A stretch of DNA of 64,000 nucleotides, taken from NCBI RefSeq assembly GCF_044324875.1, contig NZ_CP172188.1; one strand, given 5' to 3'. Under the pieces are notes generated by a model that saw nothing but the letters and a program-made list of their open reading frames with translations, searched no databases and was not told the DNA's origin. Each line of letters starts with the position of its first letter. Positions within the stretch are counted from its first letter, which is position 1. The DNA is from Escherichia coli (GTDB lineage Bacteria; Pseudomonadota; Gammaproteobacteria; Enterobacterales; Enterobacteriaceae). Positions 1 to 8,379 of the stretch are shown piece after piece. A program made the translations under genes and the position numbers.

Positions 1-149
1 CCAGCATCTCCGGGGATATCTCCTCCTCCGTAGCGAGCGTTTCTAATCGTTCGAGTATGTGGAAGGCTTTTTCCTGGGTAATCCTGGGTAATTCAGCGTT
101 ACGCTCTGCCAGTTGTGCGGGCGTTAAACCTTCAGACTTCATACACTCT
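1..149 (-). CDS. hypothetical protein, N-terminal fragment (gene runs off the window start)
   Basis: ATG at 149 on the minus strand with the frame open to position 1 (MKSEGLTPAQLAERNAELPRITQEKAFHILERLETLATEEEISPEML...); absent from the ORF track because truncated. Confidence 0.3.
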
Positions 150-449
150 CCTTTCGAAATAAACGTACTGATTAATCATGCCCAGGGGCATTTCGAGTTT
201 TTCCGCGATCTCACGGCGGGGAACACCACACTGATGAAGCTGCCGTGCCAGTTCTATATCGCTCTGCCGGTATTTGGCTGACGGATGAAAGTCACCTTTC
301 AGAATCATTCTGATCCCCAGTTCCCGCGCTTTAGTCCTGACAGCATCTCCGGTACGCCCGATCAGCCTCCCTATACTCTCGACTGTCATAGTTCCGGCAC
401 ACTGGCGGAGTATCATGATTTCTGCCCTTCTCCATCCCCGCCATCTCAC
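132..449 (-). CDS. putative DNA-binding protein with two helix-turn-helix-like segments
   Basis: 105-aa ORF; TVESIGRLIGRTGDAVRTKARELGI and VPRREIAEKLEMPLGMINQYV look like HTH motifs; true start uncertain. Confidence 0.4.
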   Translation of the reverse strand: MRWRGWRRAEIMILRQCAGTMTVESIGRLIGRTGDAVRTKARELGIRMILKGDFHPSAKYRQSDIELARQLHQCGVPRREIAEKLEMPLGMINQYVYFERRVYEV

Positions 450-596
450 GCTGACATCCTCTTAGACATAAACTCAACAAAACGAACTGCATCTTCAGAA
501 ACAACGCCGCATGACTTCAGCGAAAAACCGCCGAGAACCCTCGCCCAATGCGGGCGGGGAGGAAAGGCGGAAAAGCCCGAAGGGCTTTAAAAAAAA

Positions 597-1022
597 TCAT
601 TCCGGCGTTGACTGGTTTTGAACGTAAGCCCTGAGTGTTTCAATCGTTGCTCCTCCGGTACTACATGCAAAGTAGGCTCTCGACCAAAGCAAGCCTGTTT
701 TGCTCTGTGTTCGTAAATGTGTGTTTTGTTGACGTAGCAGACGTGACGATACTGATTTCAAATTATTCACCATTACGCTGACTGCCAGCTTTGGCGGATA
801 GGCAACCAGTAGATGTACATGATCTGCTTCTCCATCCATTTCAAGAATTTCGCATTCAAGTTTTGCAGCAGCGGAACAAAAAGCTTCCCGTAGTTGCTCT
901 ATCATGCAGCCGTCAAAAAGTTTTCTGCGGTATTTTGTAGTGAAAATTAAATGCACAACGAGCTTACTCACGCTGTGACGTTTCCGAAGGAATCCCTCAA
1001 GGGATTCATGCTGTTCGCTCAA
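597..1022 (-). CDS. tnpA: IS200/IS605 family transposase TnpA (Y1 HUH transposase)
   Basis: 141 aa; HVHLLV (HuH) motif and the size typical of IS200 TnpA. Confidence 0.85.
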   Translation of the reverse strand: MSEQHESLEGFLRKRHSVSKLVVHLIFTTKYRRKLFDGCMIEQLREAFCSAAAKLECEILEMDGEADHVHLLVAYPPKLAVSVMVNNLKSVSSRLLRQQNTHLRTQSKTGLLWSRAYFACSTGGATIETLRAYVQNQSTPE

Positions 1023-1078
1023 TTGAAAAAACGCCTCAATTTGTTAAAATGATTGAATAATATCAATGAGCGCTGAGT

Positions 1079-2257
1079 ATGTTAAGAGCGACAAAAGTAC
1101 GCATATATCCCACTACTGAACAGGCTGAGTATCTCAATGCCCAGTTCGGTGCGGTACGTTTTGCGTACAATAAAGCTCTTCACATCAAAAAACATGCTTA
1201 CCAGCGATACGGGGTGAATTTAAGTCCGCGCAAAGATTTAAAGCCGTTGCTGTCTATAGCGAAGAAGTCCCGTAAGTATGCCTGGCTCAAAGAGTTTGAT
1301 TCAATGGCATTGCAACAGGCAGTAATTAATCTTGATGCGGCATTTTCCAACTTTTTTAATCCGAAGCTGAAAGCACGGTTCCCGACGTTTAAACGTAAAC
1401 ACGGGAGACAATCGAGCTATCACTGCACCGGAATCAAGGTGCTGGATGATGCCATTAAGATCCCTAAACTGAATCTGCCGATAAAGGCGCGTATACACCG
1501 TGTAATTACGGGAAAAGTAACGAGCATAACAATTACTCGCAATGCCGCTGGGGAATATCACGCATCCATCCTTTGTGATGACGGTATTCCCGCGCCAGAG
1601 AAACCCACGTATCTGGAAGAAGAAAAGATTACTGGTGTGGACATGGGATTAACAGATTATGCCATCAAATCGGATGGTAATAAGGTTGGTAATCCTCGTC
1701 ATCTCATCAATGCCAGTCGTAATCTGCGACGCAAACAAAAAGCGTTATCCCGCAAGCAAAAGGGAAGCGCGAACCGTAAAAAGGCCAGAATCCGTCTGGC
1801 AGCGTTACACGAACGGGTGGCTAATGCCCGTGCTGATTTTCAACACAAGCTCTCTCGTGCAATTGTTGACGAAAACCAAGCGGTAATTGTCGAGACGCTG
1901 AAAACAGCCAACATGATGAAAAACCACAATCTGGCAAGAGCGATAGGTGATGCAGGCTGGCATAGCTTCATCACAAAGCTGGAGTACAAGGCAGCGGAAA
2001 AAGGCGTTCACCTGGTAAAACTCGACCAGTGGTTTGCCAGTTCGAAAACGTGCCATTGTTGTGGTTACAAAATGCCGGAAATGCCGCTTCATAAACGCAT
2101 CTGGCGATGCCCTGAATGTGGAGCAGAGCACGACCGCGATATCAATGCGGCGCTCAATATCCGGCAAAAAGGAATACTGGAACTAAAGGCGGCGGGACTC
2201 GTCGTTTCTGTCCATGGAGGCCAGCGTAAATCCGTCGAACAGACGGTAGCGGCCTGA
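1079..2257 (+). CDS. tnpB: IS605-family TnpB (RuvC-like RNA-guided nuclease, OrfB)
   Basis: 392 aa; N-terminus MLRATKVRIYPT..., C-terminal zinc finger CHCCGY...CPECGAEHDRDINAALNI typical of TnpB. Confidence 0.85.
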   Translation: MLRATKVRIYPTTEQAEYLNAQFGAVRFAYNKALHIKKHAYQRYGVNLSPRKDLKPLLSIAKKSRKYAWLKEFDSMALQQAVINLDAAFSNFFNPKLKARFPTFKRKHGRQSSYHCTGIKVLDDAIKIPKLNLPIKARIHRVITGKVTSITITRNAAGEYHASILCDDGIPAPEKPTYLEEEKITGVDMGLTDYAIKSDGNKVGNPRHLINASRNLRRKQKALSRKQKGSANRKKARIRLAALHERVANARADFQHKLSRAIVDENQAVIVETLKTANMMKNHNLARAIGDAGWHSFITKLEYKAAEKGVHLVKLDQWFASSKTCHCCGYKMPEMPLHKRIWRCPECGAEHDRDINAALNIRQKGILELKAAGLVVSVHGGQRKSVEQTVAA

Positions 2258-2300
2258 GAAGTGGGAAGCCTCGCCCGACAGGGCGGGGAGCAGTCACATA
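2140..2300 (+). ncRNA. predicted omega-RNA (reRNA) region at the tnpB 3' end / IS right end
   Basis: Inferred from the known position of the TnpB guide RNA scaffold over the tnpB 3' end and right-end hairpin (2269-2289); not demonstrated from sequence alone. Confidence 0.3.
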
Positions 2301-2846
2301 ATTCATTGCGTCATTAGGTAGCGGATTAGTTGGTTCGGCATTTGCCAGGGATTGAGATAAACGCGTGATTAATTTGACCATTCTCCGCTGCCGGAGGTTG
2401 TATCCTTCAGCTAAAGACAGGTAACTGGAAAGGGTATTGCTTAAGCGGGCGCGAAGCTGATCCGTGCCGTGACATTCAATAGCAACATCACGTAACGCAT
2501 CGACCAGTTCACGGTAAAGATGCGCTGCCATTCTGCAATCTGTGTCAGATGGTGCTTCATAAATTACCGTCAACCCCAGTTTTTCAGCCAGAGCGTGTTC
2601 TGCACGTGCTCCTGCGGACACATCCCATCCCTTAAGCAGATAGATCGCATCAGCAGAACGCACCATTGCCAGGCAAATATCCATGTATTCACTCTGGCAA
2701 AGGCCACCAGGTAACACAGCTGGATTCAGAACGATATGCCCTTCAGACATCAGCTCGCTCGCTTTCGCATTAAACGCCGCACGGTTGTAGTCTGGATAAC
2801 CAGTCATCGGCCCCGCGATGTAAATTTTCAAAACACGTTTCACCAT
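2154..2846 (-). CDS. DUF4406 / nucleoside 2-deoxyribosyltransferase-like protein; 3' part reads into the IS605 right end
   Basis: N-terminus MVKRVLKIYIAGPMTGYPDYNRAAFNAKASELMSEGHIVLNPA matches the DUF4406 pattern; start ATG at 2846 overlaps the stop of the upstream small ORF (TGATG); the frame below ~2300 runs through the IS hairpin and the tnpB 3' end. Confidence 0.45.
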   Translation of the reverse strand: MVKRVLKIYIAGPMTGYPDYNRAAFNAKASELMSEGHIVLNPAVLPGGLCQSEYMDICLAMVRSADAIYLLKGWDVSAGARAEHALAEKLGLTVIYEAPSDTDCRMAAHLYRELVDALRDVAIECHGTDQLRARLSNTLSSYLSLAEGYNLRQRRMVKLITRLSQSLANAEPTNPLPNDAMNYVTAPRPVGRGFPLLRPLPSVRRIYAGLHGQKRRVPPPLVPVFLFAGY

Positions 2847-3001
2847 CAAAATTTCCCCAAAATCGTGACGCAAAACATAAGCACTGCGAAAAGCTCAATA
2901 CCAAGCTCAAGTAGCGCCAACGCCCCGAAAAACAACACATAGAACAGGCCAATCTCATTCACAGATGGCTGGTGGATCGCACTTAAAGCTATAAGCATCA
3001 T
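2846..3001 (-). CDS. small hydrophobic protein (51 aa)
   Basis: GGAGGA Shine-Dalgarno before ATGATG at ~3001/2998; MMLIALSAIHQPSVNEIGLFYVLFFGALALLELGIELFAVLMFCVTILGKF; stop overlaps the start of the downstream gene. Confidence 0.35.
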   Translation of the reverse strand: MMLIALSAIHQPSVNEIGLFYVLFFGALALLELGIELFAVLMFCVTILGKF

Positions 3002-3037
3002 GTCCTCCAAACAGTTATCAGGAATGATATTAATGTT

Positions 3038-3050
3038 TTGTGTTAGAAAA
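3038..3050 (+). promoter_or_regulatory. copy of dispersed motif TTGTGTTAGAAAA, ~70 bp upstream of the Ref-like gene
   Basis: One of at least nine intergenic occurrences (see findings). Confidence 0.35.
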
Positions 3051-3118
3051 TCAATTTTGAATATCTAACTGTTTTGATCAATCATAGAAAAATAGCTGAA
3101 AAGTAAGAGGCAGCCATC

Positions 3119-3697
3119 ATGCAGAAACAGAGCTATTGGGAGAAACAGAGACAAAAAGCCATGCAAAAATTGGCTGACCCAGCCTGGCGAGAGGAACAAA
3201 GGGCAAAGCGCCTTCAACAAGCTCAACGCCAGCAGCAGCGAGCGAGAGAAAAAGCCGCATCGCCTGAATATCGGCAAAAGAAAATTGAAAAAGCAAAGCA
3301 ATATGAACAGCGGAGAAAAGATAAAGCTGTATCCGCTCCGCCCAAAAAAACACGCACGTCACGCGGCCTGAAGGGCAGATCACTCACAGCCGATGAACGC
3401 CGGATACAGACCGCTATCGGTACTCTCCCCTGCATTGCCTGCCATATTCACGGGCAACATAGCCCAGTGGTATCCCTGCACCATATCTTCGGGAGAACGG
3501 CAGAGAACGCACATAAATATGTCCTCCCTTTGTGTAAATGGCACCACCAGTACGCAGCGCCAGCCGAGGTCCGAGAACAATATCCCTGGCTGGTCCCTGT
3601 TCATGCTGATGGAAAAATAGGCGGAAAAGCAGATTTCATACGGCACAATGCCGATGAAATGGCGTTGTATCAGATGGCGATTGAATTAATAAATTAG
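3119..3697 (+). CDS. Ref-family (DUF968-like) HNH-type nuclease-like protein
   Basis: 192 aa; basic low-complexity N-terminus then LPCIACHIHGQ...SLHHIFG...LPLCKWHH Cys/His motifs; GAGG Shine-Dalgarno. Confidence 0.5.
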   Translation: MQKQSYWEKQRQKAMQKLADPAWREEQRAKRLQQAQRQQQRAREKAASPEYRQKKIEKAKQYEQRRKDKAVSAPPKKTRTSRGLKGRSLTADERRIQTAIGTLPCIACHIHGQHSPVVSLHHIFGRTAENAHKYVLPLCKWHHQYAAPAEVREQYPWLVPVHADGKIGGKADFIRHNADEMALYQMAIELIN

Positions 3698-3707
3698 TTT
3701 TCTAACA
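3698..3707 (-). promoter_or_regulatory. copy of dispersed motif (reverse orientation, TTTTCTAACA) just after the Ref-like gene
   Basis: Reverse complement of the TGTTAGAAAA core. Confidence 0.3.
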
Positions 3708-4028
3708 TTTTAAGTTGAATTGTAAATTTCTCCGATGTACATTCACTACCGATTGGCACACCGGTCAACTTTTTGAGACAAACTGTTTAGTTTTTCGTAT
3801 TATTGCCCCCGCCATACCTATGGCGGTGCAATATAGGTGGCTGAAAAGCCCCCGTTGACTCACGGTGTTCCAGCCTTTATTGCGCCGCCACCAGACCGTG
3901 GAACAGTCGATGGCGGCTCCGAAAGCAAGGAGTCACTACACTATGAACAACTACAGTCTTTTCCCATCACTCGTCGTCCACCACTCACGCGATAATCTGC
4001 ATTCTTTATTCGCGCTGGGGGAGTCAAA

Positions 4029-4196
4029 ATGACTGTTCGCTACCTCAACTTTCAAATCAAGAACATTACTGGCGGTTGCTATGACTGGTTTGTCACTCTC
4101 GGAAAAGAAGTGATTACCGGGAAGCTGGATGAAGTGAAAGCTAAAGCAATGGCCTACGCCTGCAAGCAAGCCCGGAAGAAATCCGCCAAAGCATAA
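4029..4196 (+). CDS. small hypothetical protein (55 aa), coupled to an upstream 29-aa ORF at 3943-4032
   Basis: GGGGGAG before ATG; ATGA overlap with the upstream mini-ORF; followed ~100 nt later by a terminator. Confidence 0.25.
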   Translation: MTVRYLNFQIKNITGGCYDWFVTLGKEVITGKLDEVKAKAMAYACKQARKKSAKA

Positions 4197-4301
4197 AATA
4201 CTGACTGTTGCGCCCTGGCATTATCGTGGGGTATATTTCTACGGCACCTTAGAAAAACGGGTGCCGGGATTGGAACCCCGGATAATGCAAAAGGCGACAC
4301 A

Positions 4302-4323
4302 GACGCCGAAAGCGTCTTTTCTT
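4302..4323 (+). terminator. rho-independent terminator candidate
   Basis: gacgc-cgaaa-gcgtc hairpin followed by ttttctt. Confidence 0.5.
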
Positions 4324-4329
4324 GTGTCA

Positions 4330-4508
4330 TGCCATCGCACAGCCATACGTAGCGTTTAGCTCAGAGATCAATGGTAGTGCTGGCTGGGCTGCCGAAAGGC
4401 AGGCCGGTTCCCTTTTGCGCCGGTAGTTCCAACCCAGTCAGTGCTACCGCCATTGAGATTGGAACCTCACGCGGTAGCTCCTTAAATTAGCAAAAGGAGG
4501 CTGCCAAT
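4330..4508 (+). promoter_or_regulatory. structured leader of antirepressor module A (differs from the leaders of modules B/C/D)
   Basis: Hairpins ctgcc-gaaa-ggcag (~4388-4401) and gttccaa...ttggaac (~4415-4458); AGGAGG before the ATG at 4509. Confidence 0.3.
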
Positions 4509-4724
4509 ATGGCTACTATCCCTACCCCAACTCATTCTGAATTTATCTGGCGTTTCTATTCCTGCCAAAAACACCTGTATATCTGCGTCATGGCTGCAAC
4601 CGAAGCAGAAGCTCGTTCATACCTTCCTGAAGAACCCTGCATTTTTGCCGCACGCTTCACTCTTGATGCGATGGAGATCCTCAATTACTGGAATCTGCCA
4701 ATGAACTGCGTGGAGGTGCACTGA
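4509..4724 (+). CDS. small protein upstream of the antirepressor (Icd-position ORF, module A)
   Basis: 71 aa; stop overlaps the ATG of the next gene (TGATG); paralogous to 28238-28462, 38110-38325 and 63376-63600. Confidence 0.6.
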   Translation: MATIPTPTHSEFIWRFYSCQKHLYICVMAATEAEARSYLPEEPCIFAARFTLDAMEILNYWNLPMNCVEVH

Positions 4725-5665
4725 TGAATCTGTCCATCTCTCAAAAAGCGACAATGACCAGCATTGAGATCGCGGAACTGGTAGGAAGTCGCCAAGATAG
4801 TGTGAAGAGAACTATCGAAACACTGGCTAAAAAGAGTGTGATCCAATTTCCACAATCTGTGGAAATTGAAAATAAACAATCAGTTGGCCCTCGTCGATTT
4901 TCCAAGGCTTACATCTTTGAAGGCGAACAAGGCAAGCGCGATAGTATCATTGTCGTCGCACAGCTCTCTCCGGAATTCACCGCCCGGCTGGTGGACCGCT
5001 GGCGCGAACTGGAGAATGCCAGGGGACCGTTAAAATCAAAAGCCGAAATCCTGGCTGAAATGGCGCAAATGCATCTTGAGCATGAACGCCGGATCAACGC
5101 CGTAAATGCCCAGGTAGCCGAGGTATCAGCACAAGTATCGATGGTCGCTGAAACACTCGAGCAAATAAAGAAAGGCAATATGCCGGAAGGCTACATTGGC
5201 TACCGCCAGCTGGCGGCGAAATGCGGCCTGACTGAAGCCAAATGTCGCAACCTGGTTAACGCTTACCGGATACCCACTGATACGCATGAGTTTTTGACTC
5301 CCGACGGTTTGCTTGCGCGACGCTCAATTGTGGCCCTGGCCCCCTTCCGGAAAGCCTTTAAGCAGGTTATGTCGGAGGCAGAACCACGCAACAAACGCTG
5401 GTATCATCCAAAGATGGGGATGTTTCAGGCAATCCACCATCCTGTGCCTGAAAGTCCAAAGGCAAACCTGTCGTTGCATACCGCCAGAGAGAGGATTAAA
5501 ACAGGGTATGCAATCGTATGCCGTCGAGCATCTTGGCCTGAAGGTGTATGGGTATGGCCCGAAGGTGGATCACGAAAGCACTGGCGCACTATCCGGGATG
5601 GGAAAATCCATGCGATTGATTTAGCTCCAGAGGATGTTGTTGCTACGGACTGGATTGTTAGTTAA
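4724..5665 (+). CDS. phage antirepressor-type protein (Rha-like N-terminal domain plus conserved C-terminal domain), module A
   Basis: 313 aa; N-terminus ...MTSIEIAELVGSRQDSVKRTIETL... resembles the Rha regulatory domain; C-terminal ~180 aa nearly identical to the module B and C proteins. Confidence 0.6.
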   Translation: MNLSISQKATMTSIEIAELVGSRQDSVKRTIETLAKKSVIQFPQSVEIENKQSVGPRRFSKAYIFEGEQGKRDSIIVVAQLSPEFTARLVDRWRELENARGPLKSKAEILAEMAQMHLEHERRINAVNAQVAEVSAQVSMVAETLEQIKKGNMPEGYIGYRQLAAKCGLTEAKCRNLVNAYRIPTDTHEFLTPDGLLARRSIVALAPFRKAFKQVMSEAEPRNKRWYHPKMGMFQAIHHPVPESPKANLSLHTARERIKTGYAIVCRRASWPEGVWVWPEGGSRKHWRTIRDGKIHAIDLAPEDVVATDWIVS

Positions 5666-5673
5666 TTACTGTT

Positions 5674-5695
5674 GCCCCGGCCTGTCCGGGGCTTT
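5674..5695 (+). terminator. conserved hairpin / terminator after the antirepressor gene
   Basis: ccccgg-cctgt-ccgggg followed by cttt; the same element follows modules B and C. Confidence 0.5.
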
Positions 5696-5724
5696 AACTA
5701 CTAAATAACCGGATTCTCCGCACG

Positions 5725-6009
5725 ATGAAGAAAATAGATTTCACTTACTCTGCTGCCACAATCCAGCGACGTTTCAGTCTCATAAGGGAAGTGGAACTAT
5801 CAAAAAACTGGTATCAAATTCTACTGGATGAAGAGTTTTCACTGATGGTTATAGCAGAAAAATTGGCTATGCCGAATGACCGGCACAAGGTCATAGCCAG
5901 CCTGGATCTGGTGACAAACAGATACTGGGAATCCGAGGAACTACTTGAAGTTGGCTTGATACGCGAGATGATAGAACAGGCTGTTCCCCTCCACTTACAG
6001 CAACCATAA
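5725..6009 (+). CDS. hypothetical protein (94 aa)
   Basis: ORF at the start of an AT-rich segment; no recognisable motif. Confidence 0.4.
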   Translation: MKKIDFTYSAATIQRRFSLIREVELSKNWYQILLDEEFSLMVIAEKLAMPNDRHKVIASLDLVTNRYWESEELLEVGLIREMIEQAVPLHLQQP

Positions 6010-6145
6010 TTGAAAGGTCTTAACGATAGTCTGCCACGAATAGTTACTTTCACTGCCTAAAGTTATTTAATTGCATTACAAAGTGTAAATTAGTAACATT
6101 AGAATCTCACACAGCACTATAACTATATGTTTTTTATGTAAAAGG

Positions 6146-6505
6146 ATGATAATCGTGGCTACTAAAATTAAACTTGAAAACCCTCAAACTGGCGAATCAA
6201 TCACCGGTTTTTATGGTTTTTCCTGGACTACATTCTTGTTTGGTGCTTTTCCAGCTTTGTTCAGGAAAGACTTTATAACTTTTATTGGGGTATTCGTAGT
6301 GATGCTGATACTGGCATTCCTCACAGCCGGAATTGGCCCGTGGATTGCCTCATTTATCTGGGCGTTCATGTATAATAAATATTTCACCGTAAATAAGATA
6401 AAACAAGGCTTCATTTTTGCTGGTTCTCACACAGAAAATGAGTTGGCTGCTAGCAAGCTAGGATTGTCATTAAATCAAAACAACTGCAAAACTATTACCG
6501 AGTAA
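6146..6505 (+). CDS. small inner-membrane protein (two hydrophobic segments)
   Basis: 119 aa; hydrophobic stretches FSWTTFLFGAFPALF and FIGVFVVMLILAFLTAGIGPWIASFIWAF; alternative GTG start at 6155 has better Shine-Dalgarno spacing. Confidence 0.45.
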   Translation: MIIVATKIKLENPQTGESITGFYGFSWTTFLFGAFPALFRKDFITFIGVFVVMLILAFLTAGIGPWIASFIWAFMYNKYFTVNKIKQGFIFAGSHTENELAASKLGLSLNQNNCKTITE

Positions 6506-6545
6506 TAGCCAAAAAGCAGGCTTAATAGTAAGCCTGCTATGTCAA

Positions 6546-7367
6546 TCACGAATCTCTCTGACAATTCAGAAACATAAACGCCCGCTTGTCTGTTAAATCC
6601 GTAACATAATACTCTCTCATGCCTGTAGGTTTTATTCTACGAGCATATACAAACTTATGAACTGGTTGTTTTTCCCCATAACTTACATCAGTCCTAAATT
6701 CATCAACCACGCTACCATCTTTTTCGACTTCCTTCCTCACCAGCTTATTTTCTAATGCTGGCTTTAATTCGTCCATGCCACTAAAAGCATCCTGGCCTGT
6801 ACTATTGCCTCGATTTCCGCGCGGCAAATCCCAGGAGAAATAAGTGCCATAGTCAGTAATCACACGATCCCAGACTCCGGTATCCCCCATATAGTTAGAG
6901 CGCTTTCCATTGTAGGTTACAGCCACTTTACAGGAGTACGTTTCTTCATTCCCTCCAGCCTTACTCGCTGTGGTTGCAGGGATATTTTGGATAGATGCGC
7001 TTACGTCATCTTGCGTTAATTCCTCAACTGGAGCAAATTCATATATGGGTGTGCCGAGGCTATTTAAATATAACTTATATCTAACCCTAAGCGCACTTCC
7101 ATCTGAGAATTCATACGTTCCCAGGCATTGGAGCTTATTTTTTTCTCTTATCTCATTGATCTGATAATAAGCATCAATTACAGAGATTGCTTCCTGATCG
7201 TCCTTCAGCAGTTCATTATAATCATCAATTAACATCTGTCTGGTTTTAGGGGCATTGCAGTCAATTTTGCTAAAATCATAAGCAAAGGCAAATGTGGGAA
7301 CAGAGAGAGCAACAACAGTAGCAAGTATTGTTGAGGAACATCTTTTTCCATTTTTTATAAAAAACAT
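6546..7367 (-). CDS. secreted / periplasmic protein of unknown function
   Basis: Start chosen at MFFIKNGKRCSSTILATVVALSVPTFAFA (signal-peptide-like, GGAG 8 nt upstream); the ORF track extends to 7430; AT-rich. Confidence 0.5.
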   Translation of the reverse strand: MFFIKNGKRCSSTILATVVALSVPTFAFAYDFSKIDCNAPKTRQMLIDDYNELLKDDQEAISVIDAYYQINEIREKNKLQCLGTYEFSDGSALRVRYKLYLNSLGTPIYEFAPVEELTQDDVSASIQNIPATTASKAGGNEETYSCKVAVTYNGKRSNYMGDTGVWDRVITDYGTYFSWDLPRGNRGNSTGQDAFSGMDELKPALENKLVRKEVEKDGSVVDEFRTDVSYGEKQPVHKFVYARRIKPTGMREYYVTDLTDKRAFMFLNCQRDS

Positions 7368-7607
7368 TTCATTAACTCCATACTTTACCATCTTAGCCGC
7401 GAGCGCGGTCCCTAAAACCATTAACTTCACTGCACCGTTCCTTCATGCAATCAAAATGACTTTTATGTTATAAAAATAATCAGCCAAATCAACATGATTT
7501 AGGCCAAATGCGTATTCCGCTCTATTCGATCACGGATTGGCATCGAAGTCCGATCAGCGATTCGCATCCATTCGATCAACCGGGAACTTAACTTTTTCTA
7601 CCGCTTT

Positions 7608-8363
7608 TTAACGCGTTTTTTCGCTGCTTTCCACTACCGGGGGATTTTTCCTCAGTGACTCTCCCTGAAGGACCACTCGGTGTGAGTTATGTACCAGTCT
7701 GTCCAGGATGGCATCTGCTGTTGTTGGGTTCTCCATCAGACCATGCCATTTATCTACCGGGAACTGGCTTACCACTATCGTGCTGCTTTGTCCGTAACGA
7801 TCCTCTATGAGCTCCAGAAGGTCATTACACTGGGCGTTACTTAACTGTTCCAGCCCCAGATCGTCCAGGATTAGAACCTGTATTTTTTGCAACTGTTTCA
7901 GATATTTCAGCCAGCTGCCATCAACACGTCCCTGAGCCAGTTGTTCCAGTAATCGCCCGGTTCTACAGTACCGGACGCTGTGTTTCTGTCGACATGCCTG
8001 TTCGCCCAGCGCATTGGCTATCCAGCTCTTGCCACATCCTGTCGGACCGGTTATCAGCAGGTTTTTCCTGTGGGTTATGTAGTGGCCGTTCAGCAGTTCT
8101 CTCATCTGTTCAGCCCGCAGACCTCTTGAGGCCGGATAGCGCAGCCCTTCCGGTGTTGCCTGGTATTTCAGGCCGGCATTTTTTCTCAACCGTGCCACAC
8201 GGCTGTTTTCCCTGCTCAGAAGCTCGTCATCAACCAGCAGCGTCAGCCTTTCCTCGAACGACAGTTCGTCGTAGGTCTGAGGCGTTTCCCGCTGCCGTAT
8301 CAGGCTCCCGGCCATCGCCGGGAGTTTCAGTTGGGTCAGTTTGTTTAACAGGTTATCACTCAT
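7608..8363 (-). CDS. istB: IS21-family transposition helper ATPase IstB
   Basis: Walker A GPTGCGKS, DExx-like LILDDLG; start set at MSDNLL with AAGGAA Shine-Dalgarno; the ORF track extends upstream to 8606. Confidence 0.85.
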   Translation of the reverse strand: MSDNLLNKLTQLKLPAMAGSLIRQRETPQTYDELSFEERLTLLVDDELLSRENSRVARLRKNAGLKYQATPEGLRYPASRGLRAEQMRELLNGHYITHRKNLLITGPTGCGKSWIANALGEQACRQKHSVRYCRTGRLLEQLAQGRVDGSWLKYLKQLQKIQVLILDDLGLEQLSNAQCNDLLELIEDRYGQSSTIVVSQFPVDKWHGLMENPTTADAILDRLVHNSHRVVLQGESLRKNPPVVESSEKTR

Positions 8364-8379
8364 ACTGTTGTTCCTTCTG

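Larger units (their letters stand above)
480..2300. mobile_element. IS200/IS605-family insertion sequence (divergent tnpA and tnpB); ends approximate
   Basis: tnpA/tnpB pair flanked by related imperfect palindromes (cctcgcccaatgcgggcgggga ~538-560 and cctcgcccgacagggcgggga ~2269-2289), consistent with the subterminal hairpins of this family; no inverted repeats or obvious target duplication. Confidence 0.6.

Noticed and set aside
57-281. 74-aa plus-strand ORF
   Set aside because: Overlapped by two minus-strand ORFs with better coding features.
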